Positions 10,248 through 20,209 of a stretch of 64,000 nt of DNA are shown in pieces; position 1 is the stretch's first letter, and each line of letters begins with the position of its first letter. The DNA is from Minisyncoccota bacterium. GTDB taxonomy: Bacteria; Patescibacteriota; Minisyncoccia; Phycocordibacterales; Phycocordibacteraceae. The notes under the pieces are model-generated. The model had not been told where the DNA came from, ran no database searches, and saw only the letters and a program-made list of their open reading frames with translations. A program made the position numbers and the translations under genes. The stretch lies in contig DASPLI010000001.1 of the NCBI GenBank assembly GCA_035627655.1, positions 398,217 to 462,216 of the forward strand, written 5' to 3'.

Positions 10248-11765
10248 TTAGGGCGCAAGCCGGACGCGTTCGCCTTCGGCAAGTCCGCGCGCGTCAGAGA
10301 CGATGCGCAGATCCTGCGCAAGCTCAGTTTTGATTTCAATGCGATCGCCAAGCACATTGCCGGTTTCGACGACGGTCGCAACAAGGCGGTTATCAGGGTC
10401 AACGCTAAAGATGACGCGGTCGTTTGCGCGCAGCTTCACTGCAGCAAGCGGCAAGTAGAGCGGTCCATCAGACGGCGTCGCGCTCTCAAGGGCTTCAGGA
10501 AGATCGACGCGAACAGATTGTCCGTTGACGAGGCCGCTTCCTTGGTCAGCAGAGATGTGAACTTCAATCTGCTTCGTGATCGGATCGAGTGCCGGAGCGA
10601 TCGACGTGATGACGCCGGCATGTTCGCCGTCGATAAGCACGCGCATGCCGACCGAGAGGGATTCGCGCCCTTCTTCGGAAACGTACGCAACGATTTCAAG
10701 CGCGGAGTTTTCCGCAACGGTCGCTACGTGCGAGAGGGAAGAGACATAGTCGCCGACGCGAAACGGGAAGAAGTTTACGGTTCCGCCGATGGGCGCGCGG
10801 ATGAGCGTCTTCTCAAGGTTTGCTTCCGCGAGTCGAAGCGAGCCGAGTGCCTGCTTCACTGTTGCATCAGCACCAGCAGTTGCGCCGGTCGAGCCGCTGC
10901 GCCAGGTGCTTATTGCGCTCGTGATGCTTGCGTTTGCCGCGTCTACGGTCGAGCGAGCGGTAATGACGGCAGAAACCTGCGCGTCTGTCGCGTTTGAATC
11001 GGGCTGATTCACCTCGCGAGAGAGTTCCGTCAAAAGGTCAGTGAAGTGTGTAAGTACGGTGCTAGCTTCGTTGAGATAGCTTTCCGGATCGCGCGCATCG
11101 ACGGAATCCAGGTTGCGGCGCCAGGCGTTCATATCATCGGTCAGCACTTCGCGTTTTATGGAAAGGCGCGTATCTTCGTCGGTGCTGAATGCTGGCGCAG
11201 GGCCGTAGGTGCTTCGGCCGCCAAAGAGCTGGTCGATGTACACCTCAAGCGCGGTATCCAGGTCGGTGAACGCGCTCACATAGGCATTCTTCGCAGATGC
11301 TTCTTTGTCTTCTATAGACACGCCGCTGCGCGCTGCAATTGCAGCGTCGTATGCGCCTTGCGCCTGAAGGAGCGCCGCTCGCTCACTGGCGTTCTCAAGC
11401 TCAGCAAGAATAGAGCCAGCGCCGACGCGACCGCCAAGGCTCGTATGTACGGCAGTTACAGTGCCGCCATTCTCCGCGAAAATAGCCGCTTCTGAGCGCG
11501 CGCGGACGCTACCGAACATGGTGCCGCTGGTGGCGTTTCCAGAAAGTTCCGCAACGGTGCGTAGTGATACGGCGCGGAGGTTCTCACTCGTTTTCGGAGA
11601 CTCGGCATGCAGGAACGCAAAAAGGGCGATGATGAGTGCGACGAGGATCGCGCCAATAATCCACTGGAAGATAGGACGAAGTGCGCGAAAACGGCGCCAA
11701 ATACCCCCAAGGGTTTTTGCGACAACAGAAACGGCTCCGCGGAGCGCGGCGAGAATTGATTGCAT
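10248..11765 (-). CDS. RND membrane-fusion/adaptor subunit (HlyD-like)
   Basis: N-terminal TM, IRAPIGGTV lipoyl-like motif, adjacent to RND pump; start re-assigned to MQSILAAL. Confidence 0.88.
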   Translation of the reverse strand: MQSILAALRGAVSVVAKTLGGIWRRFRALRPIFQWIIGAILVALIIALFAFLHAESPKTSENLRAVSLRTVAELSGNATSGTMFGSVRARSEAAIFAENGGTVTAVHTSLGGRVGAGSILAELENASERAALLQAQGAYDAAIAARSGVSIEDKEASAKNAYVSAFTDLDTALEVYIDQLFGGRSTYGPAPAFSTDEDTRLSIKREVLTDDMNAWRRNLDSVDARDPESYLNEASTVLTHFTDLLTELSREVNQPDSNATDAQVSAVITARSTVDAANASITSAISTWRSGSTGATAGADATVKQALGSLRLAEANLEKTLIRAPIGGTVNFFPFRVGDYVSSLSHVATVAENSALEIVAYVSEEGRESLSVGMRVLIDGEHAGVITSIAPALDPITKQIEVHISADQGSGLVNGQSVRVDLPEALESATPSDGPLYLPLAAVKLRANDRVIFSVDPDNRLVATVVETGNVLGDRIEIKTELAQDLRIVSDARGLAEGERVRLAP

Positions 11766-11836
11766 ATTGAAAAAAATTATAACATGCGAGTGATTTTTTA
11801 TCCATAGCGCACCTCTATACGGTATACTTGGTGCAA

Positions 11837-12871
11837 ATGAGCATGCGTGTGCATGAAAAAATGCGTTCTTTACTTGCCTCACGAGAGGCAATGCTTGGCA
11901 GATGGGGGCGAAGAATCGCCCTGGTGTTTGGCGGTGTCGCGATGGTTGTCGTACTGGTGACCCTTGGATTTGCGCATTTGTTTGGTCCGCCGGGCGTCTA
12001 CGAGAAGCGTCCGGAGTTCATCGTGCATCCAAATGATTCGGTTGCCTCAATCGGCAAGGCGCTCGAAGAGCAGGGGTTTGTGCGCTACGGCGGCGCGTTT
12101 GCGGTGGCGTACCAGCTGACCCGTGGGGAAACCAGTATTCGTCCGGGTGGATACACACTGACGCCGGATATGGACGCGCTTGCGGTTGCTAAGAAGCTTG
12201 GCGAAGCACCCTACCTTTCTTGGGTGGTTATTCCGGAGGGTCGACGCAAGGAGGAAGTTGCTGCTCTGCTCGCCGAATCGCTTGGATGGACTGCAGAGCA
12301 AAAGGAGGAATGGCTGCAGGCAACGGTCGCAAGTTCAACACCGTCAGACGGCGTCTATTTTGCTGACACCTATCTTATTCCGTCAGACCAAGAACCGGCA
12401 CAGGTCGCCGCTCGTTTGCGCGATCGTTTTCAGGAAGCTGTTGCGGTATACGCTGCTGACATAACCAATAGCCCGTTTTCGTACGAGGAAATCATCACGC
12501 TCGCGTCATTGGTAGAGCGAGAGGCGGCTAAGAACGATAAGGCGCTCGTTGCCGGCATTCTCGTCAACCGCATTAAGCGCGGCATGCTCTTGCAAGTAGA
12601 CGCAACACTCCAATATATAGAAGGAAAGGAGGGGGCGTGGTGGCCTGCACCCGATCCTGATGATAAGGATCACGAATCGCCCTATAACACGTATCGCCAC
12701 ACCGGACTGCCACCCGCGCCAATCGCAACGCCAAGTCTCGCGTCAATTGAGGCGGTACTCGCACCACAGAAGACAAGCTGCCTCTACTATCTCCATGACG
12801 AGAACGGACGCATACACTGCTCCACGAACTACCAAGCACACGTCGCAAACGTAAACCGCTACCTTCGATAG
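11837..12871 (+). CDS. mltG: Endolytic transglycosylase MltG
   Basis: LASLVEREA, LQVDATLQY, SPYNTYRHTGLPPAPIATP motifs. Confidence 0.93.
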   Translation: MSMRVHEKMRSLLASREAMLGRWGRRIALVFGGVAMVVVLVTLGFAHLFGPPGVYEKRPEFIVHPNDSVASIGKALEEQGFVRYGGAFAVAYQLTRGETSIRPGGYTLTPDMDALAVAKKLGEAPYLSWVVIPEGRRKEEVAALLAESLGWTAEQKEEWLQATVASSTPSDGVYFADTYLIPSDQEPAQVAARLRDRFQEAVAVYAADITNSPFSYEEIITLASLVEREAAKNDKALVAGILVNRIKRGMLLQVDATLQYIEGKEGAWWPAPDPDDKDHESPYNTYRHTGLPPAPIATPSLASIEAVLAPQKTSCLYYLHDENGRIHCSTNYQAHVANVNRYLR

Positions 12872-12933
12872 ACGAATAGCACTGGGAAGCGTATAGTCCC
12901 GCGAGCTACGTTCTTTAGAGAGAAAGGCTATAC

Positions 12934-13575
12934 ATGACCGAAGAGGAGGAGCGGGCGATCGCGCTTGAGGCCGAGACGCTTCGTTTCTACACCGACCACG
13001 GCGACCTTTTCAGCAATGAAGAGTTCTCGCACCATCCGAATTTCCTGACGGATCTGCTCTATCTTGCAAGCCTGCTGGAGCCAGATCCCATCTTGCTTGA
13101 TGTTGGTTGCGGCTCCGGCCGCTGCTATAGCGACATGCGAGAGTTCGGCCGATATATCGGCTTTGATCCGTCGTCAAAAGCGATAGAGCAAGCGCGGGAG
13201 AAGTACCCGGACGGCGATTTTCGCGTCGGTAACATGCATGCGATCAAGGAGTGTGTGACGGAGGTTTGCGATCTCTTTATTTCGCAGACCAGCCTCATGC
13301 ACATTCCGCCTGCCCGTATGCCAAGCGCGCTTCAGAATATTCGAAGCGTTATGCGCACTGGCGGATTCGGCAATATTCTCTTGCCGATTGGCGACAGCGA
13401 AGTCGTTTCGACGCATGAGAGTATCTCGGAAATGCCGCCAGGGTACAGTGTGTACTCGAAATCATGGACGCTCGAAGAGCTTGCTTCCTATCTCACAGAA
13501 GCGCGCTTCGAGATCATTCGGCCAACCGATAACACGTTCTTCTCAGGACTCACTGTATCGGTGCGGGCCATCTAA
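12934..13575 (+). CDS. Class I SAM-dependent methyltransferase
   Basis: LLDVGCGSG motif I. Confidence 0.85.
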   Translation: MTEEEERAIALEAETLRFYTDHGDLFSNEEFSHHPNFLTDLLYLASLLEPDPILLDVGCGSGRCYSDMREFGRYIGFDPSSKAIEQAREKYPDGDFRVGNMHAIKECVTEVCDLFISQTSLMHIPPARMPSALQNIRSVMRTGGFGNILLPIGDSEVVSTHESISEMPPGYSVYSKSWTLEELASYLTEARFEIIRPTDNTFFSGLTVSVRAI

Positions 13576-13606
13576 CAAAAACGCCGCTGGAACATTCCGG
13601 CGGCGT

Positions 13607-14374
13607 TTAGTATTTCTCTCCCGCTTCCCACAACGCCGAGAAGAGCGCGGTGAGCATTGCGTGCGCTTCTTTTGAGGTGATGAGCACCGCAGAGGGTTTT
13701 TTGAACGAGGAGATGATCGCTACTTTATCGTCAAAGAGAATCAGCATCGATTTGAATTTTCCTTCCATAGACGCAGGCATGAAGCGGGGGTTTCGCAGCT
13801 CCTGGTCTTCTGCGGAAAGTCGGCGGTCGCTGTCTTTGCGCTCCCACAGTGTTCGAGAAACGATGCCGCGTTGTTTACGCGTCTTGAGGTAGTAGGCGGC
13901 ATAAGCAGGATCAAAGTCGCGCAGGAAGTTATCAACGGGCGCGATGATGTCCCAAGCGCGCGAGCGGCAATACAGCGCCTCATCAATGACTGCCTTCACG
14001 CCTTCGATGCCGTCATACTGTGCCGCTTCCACCTGCTTGCCAGCGGCGCTTGGCGAGAGTTCAGACAAAAGAGGAATGAGTGCGTCGATTCCCGCTTCGC
14101 GCTTTTTCAACTCTTCGCGTTCGTTTCGGACCGTTTCTCGCAAATGGTCCGGAGACGCCATAGAGAAACGAATCTTTCCGTTTTCTTTTCGCTCGGCTAC
14201 CAGTCCCTTTTGCGAGAGGGTAGAGAGCGCGTGATACACGGTCGGACGCTTGATAAGCGTTTCTCGCGCCAGTTCCTGTGCGGTCAGCGGACCGTTTTTA
14301 AGGCCAGCCAGATAGATCCGGCTTTCGGTTGTCGTGAGTCCCAAGGCCTCAAGCGAGGACTGCAGGTTCTTCAT
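13607..14374 (-). CDS. TrmB-family transcriptional regulator
   Basis: LEALGLTTTESRIYLA..ARETLIKRPTVYHALSTLSQKGLV wHTH; PLD-like C-terminal domain. Confidence 0.88.
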   Translation of the reverse strand: MKNLQSSLEALGLTTTESRIYLAGLKNGPLTAQELARETLIKRPTVYHALSTLSQKGLVAERKENGKIRFSMASPDHLRETVRNEREELKKREAGIDALIPLLSELSPSAAGKQVEAAQYDGIEGVKAVIDEALYCRSRAWDIIAPVDNFLRDFDPAYAAYYLKTRKQRGIVSRTLWERKDSDRRLSAEDQELRNPRFMPASMEGKFKSMLILFDDKVAIISSFKKPSAVLITSKEAHAMLTALFSALWEAGEKY

Positions 14375-14555
14375 TGCTGGGGAGGATACGGCAGAACGGG
14401 TTATATGTCAATGATGGATCATAATGAAATAGCAAGTAAATACACTCTATTTATAAGCTGTTTATATATGATTATAAACATGCTTTGACAGTATTCCTTG
14501 CACGCTGCATGCTCGTTCACAGAGCAAGGACGCTCTTTATAGAAGGAGATACGGT

Positions 14556-15815
14556 ATGGACCGCAAACAAGTCCACGTTGTCGGCGGCGGCACGGTCAGT
14601 CATGTTCGCCCGCATCTGGCGCTGTCTGCTCCCGCGTATGGCGGGACGGCGCGCAAGCTTGCAGAACTTTGCAAGGCGCACGACGAGACCATGGGCGTGC
14701 AACTGCACCTCACCAAGATGGCTGACCACACGAGCCGGGTTGAAACGAATGACGACCTGCGCGAGTTTGCGCTCGCGCTTGTCGACGATCCGAGAACGAA
14801 GATCGTTTTCTGGAATCCCGCGGTCGTCGATTTCGACGGTCACGTCGGCAACGGCGTTGAAAAGAAACGCCTCCGGACGACACTTCCTGACGGGAAGACC
14901 GTCGGCTACTACGACATGGTCATCACGCCGACCGACAAGATCGTTTCGATCTTGCGGCAAGGCAGTGAGGGGCGCACGCCGCGGAAGGACATCTTCCTGG
15001 TTGCGTTTAAAGCGACCGCCGGCGAAACCGCTGAAGAGCAGTATCGCCAAGGTCTCGACATGTTGAAACGGGTGAGTGCGAACCTCGTGCTCGCTAACGA
15101 CGTCGAAACAGGACGCAACATGATCATCACGCCGGAGGAAGCTTGCTACAGCGATACCTTCGACCGTGATGCGGCACTTCGCGAACTGGTCGAGATGGCC
15201 TACCTCCGCTCGCACCTCACCTTTACGAGGAGCACGGTGGTCGCAGGCGAGCCGGTGCCATGGGATTCGTCCTTGGTGCCTGCAACGCTGCGTACGGTCG
15301 TCGACTACTGCATCGGCAAGAGCGCGTACAAGCGCGTTCGCGGCGTCACTGCCGGCCACTTTGCGGTAAAGCTCGACGAGCAAACCTTCCTCACCTCACG
15401 CCGGAAGACGGACTTCAACGATATGAAGAACGTCGGACTCGTGAAAGTGAAGACCGATGGCCCTGATTCGGTGATTGCGTACGGCAGCCGCCCCTCTGTG
15501 GGCGGACAGTCGCAGCGGATCGTCTTCAAGGAACATCCGGACACGGATTGCATCGTGCACTTCCACTGTCCGAAGAAGGAAGGATCCCCGGTGCCGACCG
15601 TCTCGCAGCGCGAGTACGAGTGCGGCAGCCACGAGTGCGGCAAGAACACCTCGCGTGGTCTTACGCGCTTCGGGAATCTGTACGCCGTCTACCTCGACCA
15701 TCACGGCCCGAACATCGTCTTCTCGAAAGACATTGATCCTCAGGAAGTTATCGACTTCATCGAGGAGCACTTCGACCTTTCGCTGAAGACCGGTGGCTAT
15801 CAGGTCGCTGCGTAA
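14556..15815 (+). CDS. Fusion of CoaB/DFP-like (phosphopantothenoylcysteine synthetase-like) domain and class II aldolase/adducin-like domain
   Basis: N-term GGGT...PAVVDF...FLVAFKAT...NLVLAND; C-term HPDTDCIVHFH and YLDHHG. Confidence 0.7.
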   Translation: MDRKQVHVVGGGTVSHVRPHLALSAPAYGGTARKLAELCKAHDETMGVQLHLTKMADHTSRVETNDDLREFALALVDDPRTKIVFWNPAVVDFDGHVGNGVEKKRLRTTLPDGKTVGYYDMVITPTDKIVSILRQGSEGRTPRKDIFLVAFKATAGETAEEQYRQGLDMLKRVSANLVLANDVETGRNMIITPEEACYSDTFDRDAALRELVEMAYLRSHLTFTRSTVVAGEPVPWDSSLVPATLRTVVDYCIGKSAYKRVRGVTAGHFAVKLDEQTFLTSRRKTDFNDMKNVGLVKVKTDGPDSVIAYGSRPSVGGQSQRIVFKEHPDTDCIVHFHCPKKEGSPVPTVSQREYECGSHECGKNTSRGLTRFGNLYAVYLDHHGPNIVFSKDIDPQEVIDFIEEHFDLSLKTGGYQVAA

Positions 15816-15907
15816 CTTCTTGATCGCCCCCGCTTGGGGGCGATCTCTTTTATTCGTACGCCCGCTATGGCATTGTGGCGGCAGTCGTTCTTCACAAGGA
15901 GCACTAC

Positions 15908-16468
15908 ATGACTATCACCTGGCCGCTTCCCGGACTGGATGTGGCGATACCGCAAGAGCCGGATCATCCTGGCAGCTTTGCGGCGGTACGAAAGTACGAC
16001 ATCCATACCGGCGTTGATCTGTATGCACCAGAAGGGCAGCAGGTCGTCGCGATCGAGGACGGCGTCGTTGTCTTTATCGATCGGATGTTCACTGGCGGCG
16101 AAGATACGCCCAAGGGCGAAGACGGAGAACCGGTGTGGCTGCAGACCGCAGCCATCGGCATTTCTGGAAAGTCGGGCGTCATCCTCTACGGCGAGCTCAC
16201 GCTGGTCGAAAAAGACTCGTGTGGCTTTGATCTCGATCTCGGGTCGCCCTTCAAAGCGGGCGACGTGATCGGCACCGTGAAGCGGGTCCTCAAAGACAAG
16301 CCGGACGGGCGAACATTCCAAAATCCTGCGGAAAGTCCGTCCATGCTCCACCTCGAGCTGTATCGTCCGCGCTCGCCGTATGCCGCCTGGTGGCGTCACG
16401 GCGAGCCGCGTCCGAGAGGGCTTCGCGATCCGACCGAGCTTCTCCTTAAGGCTCGTGAACGGATGTAG
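15908..16468 (+). CDS. M23-family peptidase-like protein
   Basis: HTGVDLYAPEGQQVVAIEDGVV; MLHLEL; SD AAGGAG. Confidence 0.75.
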   Translation: MTITWPLPGLDVAIPQEPDHPGSFAAVRKYDIHTGVDLYAPEGQQVVAIEDGVVVFIDRMFTGGEDTPKGEDGEPVWLQTAAIGISGKSGVILYGELTLVEKDSCGFDLDLGSPFKAGDVIGTVKRVLKDKPDGRTFQNPAESPSMLHLELYRPRSPYAAWWRHGEPRPRGLRDPTELLLKARERM

Positions 16469-16567
16469 TTCGTTGAACCCCGCACTCCAGTGCGGGGTTC
16501 TTCATTGACGCTCATCCTGTTTCAACGTACTCTGAGCAGTAACCGGCCGTTCGGCCATTTTTATTTC

Positions 16568-18355
16568 ATGGATATCCGAAATATCGCCATTATCGCGCAC
16601 GTCGACCACGGCAAGACTACCTTGACCGACGCTCTGCTTCGCCAAACCGGCGCGGCAGCGGAAGGTGTGTCTATGGATTCCAATACGCTTGAAAAGGAGC
16701 GTGGCATCACCATCTATTCCAAGAATGCCGCAGTGGAATACAAGGGAACGAAGATCAATATCGTCGACACGCCCGGCCACGCGGACTTCGGCAGCGAAGT
16801 AGAGCGCGTGCTTCGCTCAATTGATTCCGTGCTCCTTGTAGTCGACGCACAGGAAGGCCCGATGCCGCAGACACGCTTCGTACTTAAAAAGTCGCTTGAG
16901 CTTGGCCTCAAGCCAATCGTCGTGCTCAACAAAATCGATAAGCCTGCCGCAGATCCGGCGCGCGCCGAAGAGCAGGTACTCGAACTCTTCCTTGAGCTTG
17001 GCGCATCAGATGATCAGGCAAACTTTACGACGGTGTACGCAATCGGCCGCGAAGGCGTTGCTATGTGCAAGCTCGATGACGAGCGCAAGGATCTCACGCC
17101 ACTCCTCGATGTCATTCTTGAGCAGGTCCCGGCTGCCTCCTCAGATGAGAAAACGGCAAAGCCGCTTCGTCTGCAGCCGTTCAATCTTGCATACGATAAC
17201 TTCCTTGGACGTCTCGCGATCGGTCGCGTGTACGAAGGTGTCGTTCGTGCAGGTGAGAACGTTACCGTCAAGAAGCCGGATGGCTCGACGCGCACTGGCA
17301 AGCTCACCAAGATCTTCTCCTTTAAGGGTCTTGAGCGCGTTGAGGCGCAGGAAGCGCAGGCAGGCGACATTGTGATTATTGCCGGTCTTCCCGACATTTT
17401 CATCGGCGAGACCGTTACTACGGATCCGTCTGTCGAGCCCCTTCCTGCAATCGCCATTGACGAGCCGACCATCACGCTCAACTTCCTTGTGAACAACTCG
17501 CCGTTTGCCGGCAAGGAAGGAAAGTACGTAACGAGCCGTCAGCTGCGCGAATACCTTGAGCGCGAGCTTGAAGTGAACGTTGGTTTGAAGATCGACTTCG
17601 TCTCCCCGGAATCATTCAAGGTGTCTGGCCGCGGAGAACTCCACATCGCCATTTTGCTTGAAAACATGCGCCGCTCTGGCTACGAACTGCAGGTCTCCCA
17701 GCCGCAGGTCATCATTCGCGAAGAGGAAGGACAGAAGCTTGAGCCGTTTGAAGAAGTCATTATTGATACGCCATCTGAATTCCAGGGCACTATTATCGAG
17801 AAGCTTGGACAGCGCGCGTTCATCCTCCAGAACCTGGTACAGCACGACAATCTCGTTCGTCTCACGCTTGAAGGCCCAACGCGCGGACTTCTTGGCTACC
17901 GCTCGCAGTTCGTGATTGATACGAAGGGTGAAGGCATTCTTTCTTCGCGCGTAATCGGCTTCAAGCCATACGCTGGTGACATCAAGAAGCGCCAGGTCGG
18001 CTCGATGATCTCCATGGCAACCGGCAAAGCACTCGGCTACTCGCTGTGGACGCTCCAGGATCGCGGCATGCTCTACATCACGCCAGCAACCGATGTGTAC
18101 GAAGGTATGGTGATCGGCAACACCTCAAAGGGAGAGGAGATGACCGTCAACCCGACGAAGAACAAGAACCTCACGAACGTGCGCGCATCTGGCTCTGACG
18201 AAGCTATTACGCTTGTGCCGCCGTACGTACTCACTATCGAGCGCGGACTTGAAGTCATGGCGGAAGACGAGTATCTCGAAATCACGCCAGAATCAGTTCG
18301 TCTACGCAAGCAGCAGCTTACCGAAAGCGAGCGAGCAAAGGCGCGCCGCGCGTAA
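16568..18355 (+). CDS. typA: Translational GTPase TypA/BipA
   Basis: IRNIAIIAHVDHGKTT, ERGITI, GRGELH, EYLEITPESVRLRK. Confidence 0.97.
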   Translation: MDIRNIAIIAHVDHGKTTLTDALLRQTGAAAEGVSMDSNTLEKERGITIYSKNAAVEYKGTKINIVDTPGHADFGSEVERVLRSIDSVLLVVDAQEGPMPQTRFVLKKSLELGLKPIVVLNKIDKPAADPARAEEQVLELFLELGASDDQANFTTVYAIGREGVAMCKLDDERKDLTPLLDVILEQVPAASSDEKTAKPLRLQPFNLAYDNFLGRLAIGRVYEGVVRAGENVTVKKPDGSTRTGKLTKIFSFKGLERVEAQEAQAGDIVIIAGLPDIFIGETVTTDPSVEPLPAIAIDEPTITLNFLVNNSPFAGKEGKYVTSRQLREYLERELEVNVGLKIDFVSPESFKVSGRGELHIAILLENMRRSGYELQVSQPQVIIREEEGQKLEPFEEVIIDTPSEFQGTIIEKLGQRAFILQNLVQHDNLVRLTLEGPTRGLLGYRSQFVIDTKGEGILSSRVIGFKPYAGDIKKRQVGSMISMATGKALGYSLWTLQDRGMLYITPATDVYEGMVIGNTSKGEEMTVNPTKNKNLTNVRASGSDEAITLVPPYVLTIERGLEVMAEDEYLEITPESVRLRKQQLTESERAKARRA

Positions 18356-18414
18356 TTGCGTCTTCAAACTCCTGTGCTACGCTGCCATCCGTCCGCAGCT
18401 CTTTGGAGGTAGCA

Positions 18415-18606
18415 ATGCGAGGACTCGCAACAGGGCTTACGGCCCTAGCGTTCGGTGGCGGTATTACCGCCTGCGTCATGACGGACAACGTCGAGCACGT
18501 TCCCATCATCGCGTTTTTCGGGTTTCTTACCTGCGTCATTGTCGGCGCATTCGACCTGCTTGGAGCATCGGCACCACCACGCCGGAGCGCAGGACGGCAT
18601 GGCTAA
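18415..18606 (+). CDS. Small orphan membrane protein (2 TM)
   Basis: GGAGG SD, hydrophobic, followed by strong terminator. Confidence 0.55.
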   Translation: MRGLATGLTALAFGGGITACVMTDNVEHVPIIAFFGFLTCVIVGAFDLLGASAPPRRSAGRHG

Positions 18607-18610
18607 TGCC

Positions 18611-18642
18611 AAAAAGCGGAGACTTCGGTCTCCGCTTTTTTT
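18611..18642. terminator. Intrinsic terminator
   Basis: AAAAAGCGGAGAC-TTCG-GTCTCCGCTTTTTTT. Confidence 0.85.
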
Positions 18643-18657
18643 GTGTATGATGCCCCT

Positions 18658-19332
18658 ATGACCGTCTTTATGTTTGAGGCGCTCGCACTCCTAGCGCTTG
18701 TTCTCGTTAATCGTCTCGGGTTTATCTACGTCGTGAATCGACGCTTGCATCTGACGTTTGCAAAAAATCCGATGCTGACCTTCCTCTATTTCCTCGGGAT
18801 GGCGCTCCTCATCATTCTCTTGTTCCCCGCATACGCAGCCCAATTGTTTGGAGGCGCCGGCATTTTCACGGTTCTGTTTTTCCTCTTTGTGCTCGTCGTT
18901 ATCAATCCGTGGATCTATCGAATGCTCAAGGAGAATGAACACGTGCCGCGTCGTCTTGCGAAAGCAAATCCTGAACAGCAGTTTCTGCTGATTGACGAAG
19001 GATATCTGTTTTCAAAAACAGGGGATGTCATCTTCCAGCAAGTAGCGATTGGCATACTGATGCTCATCTTCCTTGCAGCCGGGATGCCGTTTGAACAGCT
19101 CGTGCCGTTGTTTGCCGTCATCTTTGGCGCGCTCCATTTCCACCTCTTCTTTTCCGCCAAGCGCGTCTGGGCGGCGTACTTCACGGTCTGCGCGGCCGCG
19201 GCTGGGTTTATGTTTCCGTTCATCATCCTCCTGATCCCAGGCGGCGTGTATTTCGCCATCGTGCTGCACATGCTTTGGTACGTCGGGAGTGGCGCACTGT
19301 TCGGACTTGTCGAGACAGATCGGAAGGCGTAA
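18658..19332 (+). CDS. Multi-pass membrane protein (possibly CPBP/Abi-like)
   Basis: ~7 TM; FGALH and LHMLW motifs reminiscent of CPBP; TATGAT 6 nt upstream. Confidence 0.6.
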   Translation: MTVFMFEALALLALVLVNRLGFIYVVNRRLHLTFAKNPMLTFLYFLGMALLIILLFPAYAAQLFGGAGIFTVLFFLFVLVVINPWIYRMLKENEHVPRRLAKANPEQQFLLIDEGYLFSKTGDVIFQQVAIGILMLIFLAAGMPFEQLVPLFAVIFGALHFHLFFSAKRVWAAYFTVCAAAAGFMFPFIILLIPGGVYFAIVLHMLWYVGSGALFGLVETDRKA

Positions 19333-19359
19333 GGTTCGGACAGAGGAAAGGAGGCGCAC

Positions 19360-19704
19360 GTGCAGCCACGACGCTACAACGACCTTACGCCGCGTACGTC
19401 ATTCGTGATTGTTACATCACTGGTGACGGGCACCCAACGCATCTTGAAGTTGGCACCGGACGGGAAGCTTTACATCCTCTTTCGTGTCGACCAAAAGAGT
19501 GTCCAGTATTGGCCCGCCGGCGACGGCGTGACCGCTCTGCTTCAGAAGCACAATCCGTCCGTCATTCCCGTCGATTTCTATCGAGATTCCAGACTCGCTG
19601 AAGTCTACCTCGAGAAGGAATCGCTGGTCGGGTACCTGCTTATGGAACCGGTCGGGCTTATGCTTGCGGCAGTTATTGCCGATGCTGAGCTTGGCGTTCA
19701 CTAA
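19360..19704 (+). CDS. Hypothetical protein
   Basis: GTG start with AAAGGAGG SD; hairpin GAGCCGCTCC..GGAGCGGCTC downstream. Confidence 0.6.
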   Translation: MQPRRYNDLTPRTSFVIVTSLVTGTQRILKLAPDGKLYILFRVDQKSVQYWPAGDGVTALLQKHNPSVIPVDFYRDSRLAEVYLEKESLVGYLLMEPVGLMLAAVIADAELGVH

Positions 19705-19797
19705 TACGACGAGCCGCTCCCACGGGGAGCGGCTCACTCATTCTTCACGGCAGGGGCGCTAGGGTAAAAGTCTTATTACTAATCAATATTTCCCGAC

Positions 19798-19950
19798 ATG
19801 CTGCTCACTATCGCCGTCCTATTGTTGATCCTTTGGGGTCTCGGACTCGTTACCTCCTATACGCTTGGAGGATTCATCCATCTCCTCCTTGTGGTAGCGA
19901 TCATCATGGTGCTGGTTCGCATTATTCAGGGAAGGAATCCTGTTTCCTAA
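19798..19950 (+). CDS. lmo0937-family small membrane protein (50 aa)
   Basis: Manual translation MLLTIAVLLLILWGLGLVTSYTLGGFIHLLLVVAIIMVLVRIIQGRNPVS; below ORF-track cutoff. Confidence 0.85.
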   Translation: MLLTIAVLLLILWGLGLVTSYTLGGFIHLLLVVAIIMVLVRIIQGRNPVS

Positions 19951-20209
19951 TCCTGCGTGATTCGAGAACGCATCCATAGATAGCCGTGTTGCGCACGGCT
20001 ATCTATTCCTGAAACCCGGACTACCGGTCCGGGTTTCTTGTTGTATTTCCAAAATCGTGCTATTCTATCTATACAACGAACCTCCTTTAGGTTTTTCGTC
20101 TTGAGAGATTCTCAAGACCGCCCAGTGAAACTCACATACATGAAGGGGCGAAACTCTCGAGGCGTTGGCCTTATTACGGCGCATCTGCGCCACCCTTAGA
20201 CATTTAGCA

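Noticed and set aside
14517-15383. 288-aa minus-strand ORF
   Set aside because: Antisense shadow of the CoaB/aldolase fusion; no motifs
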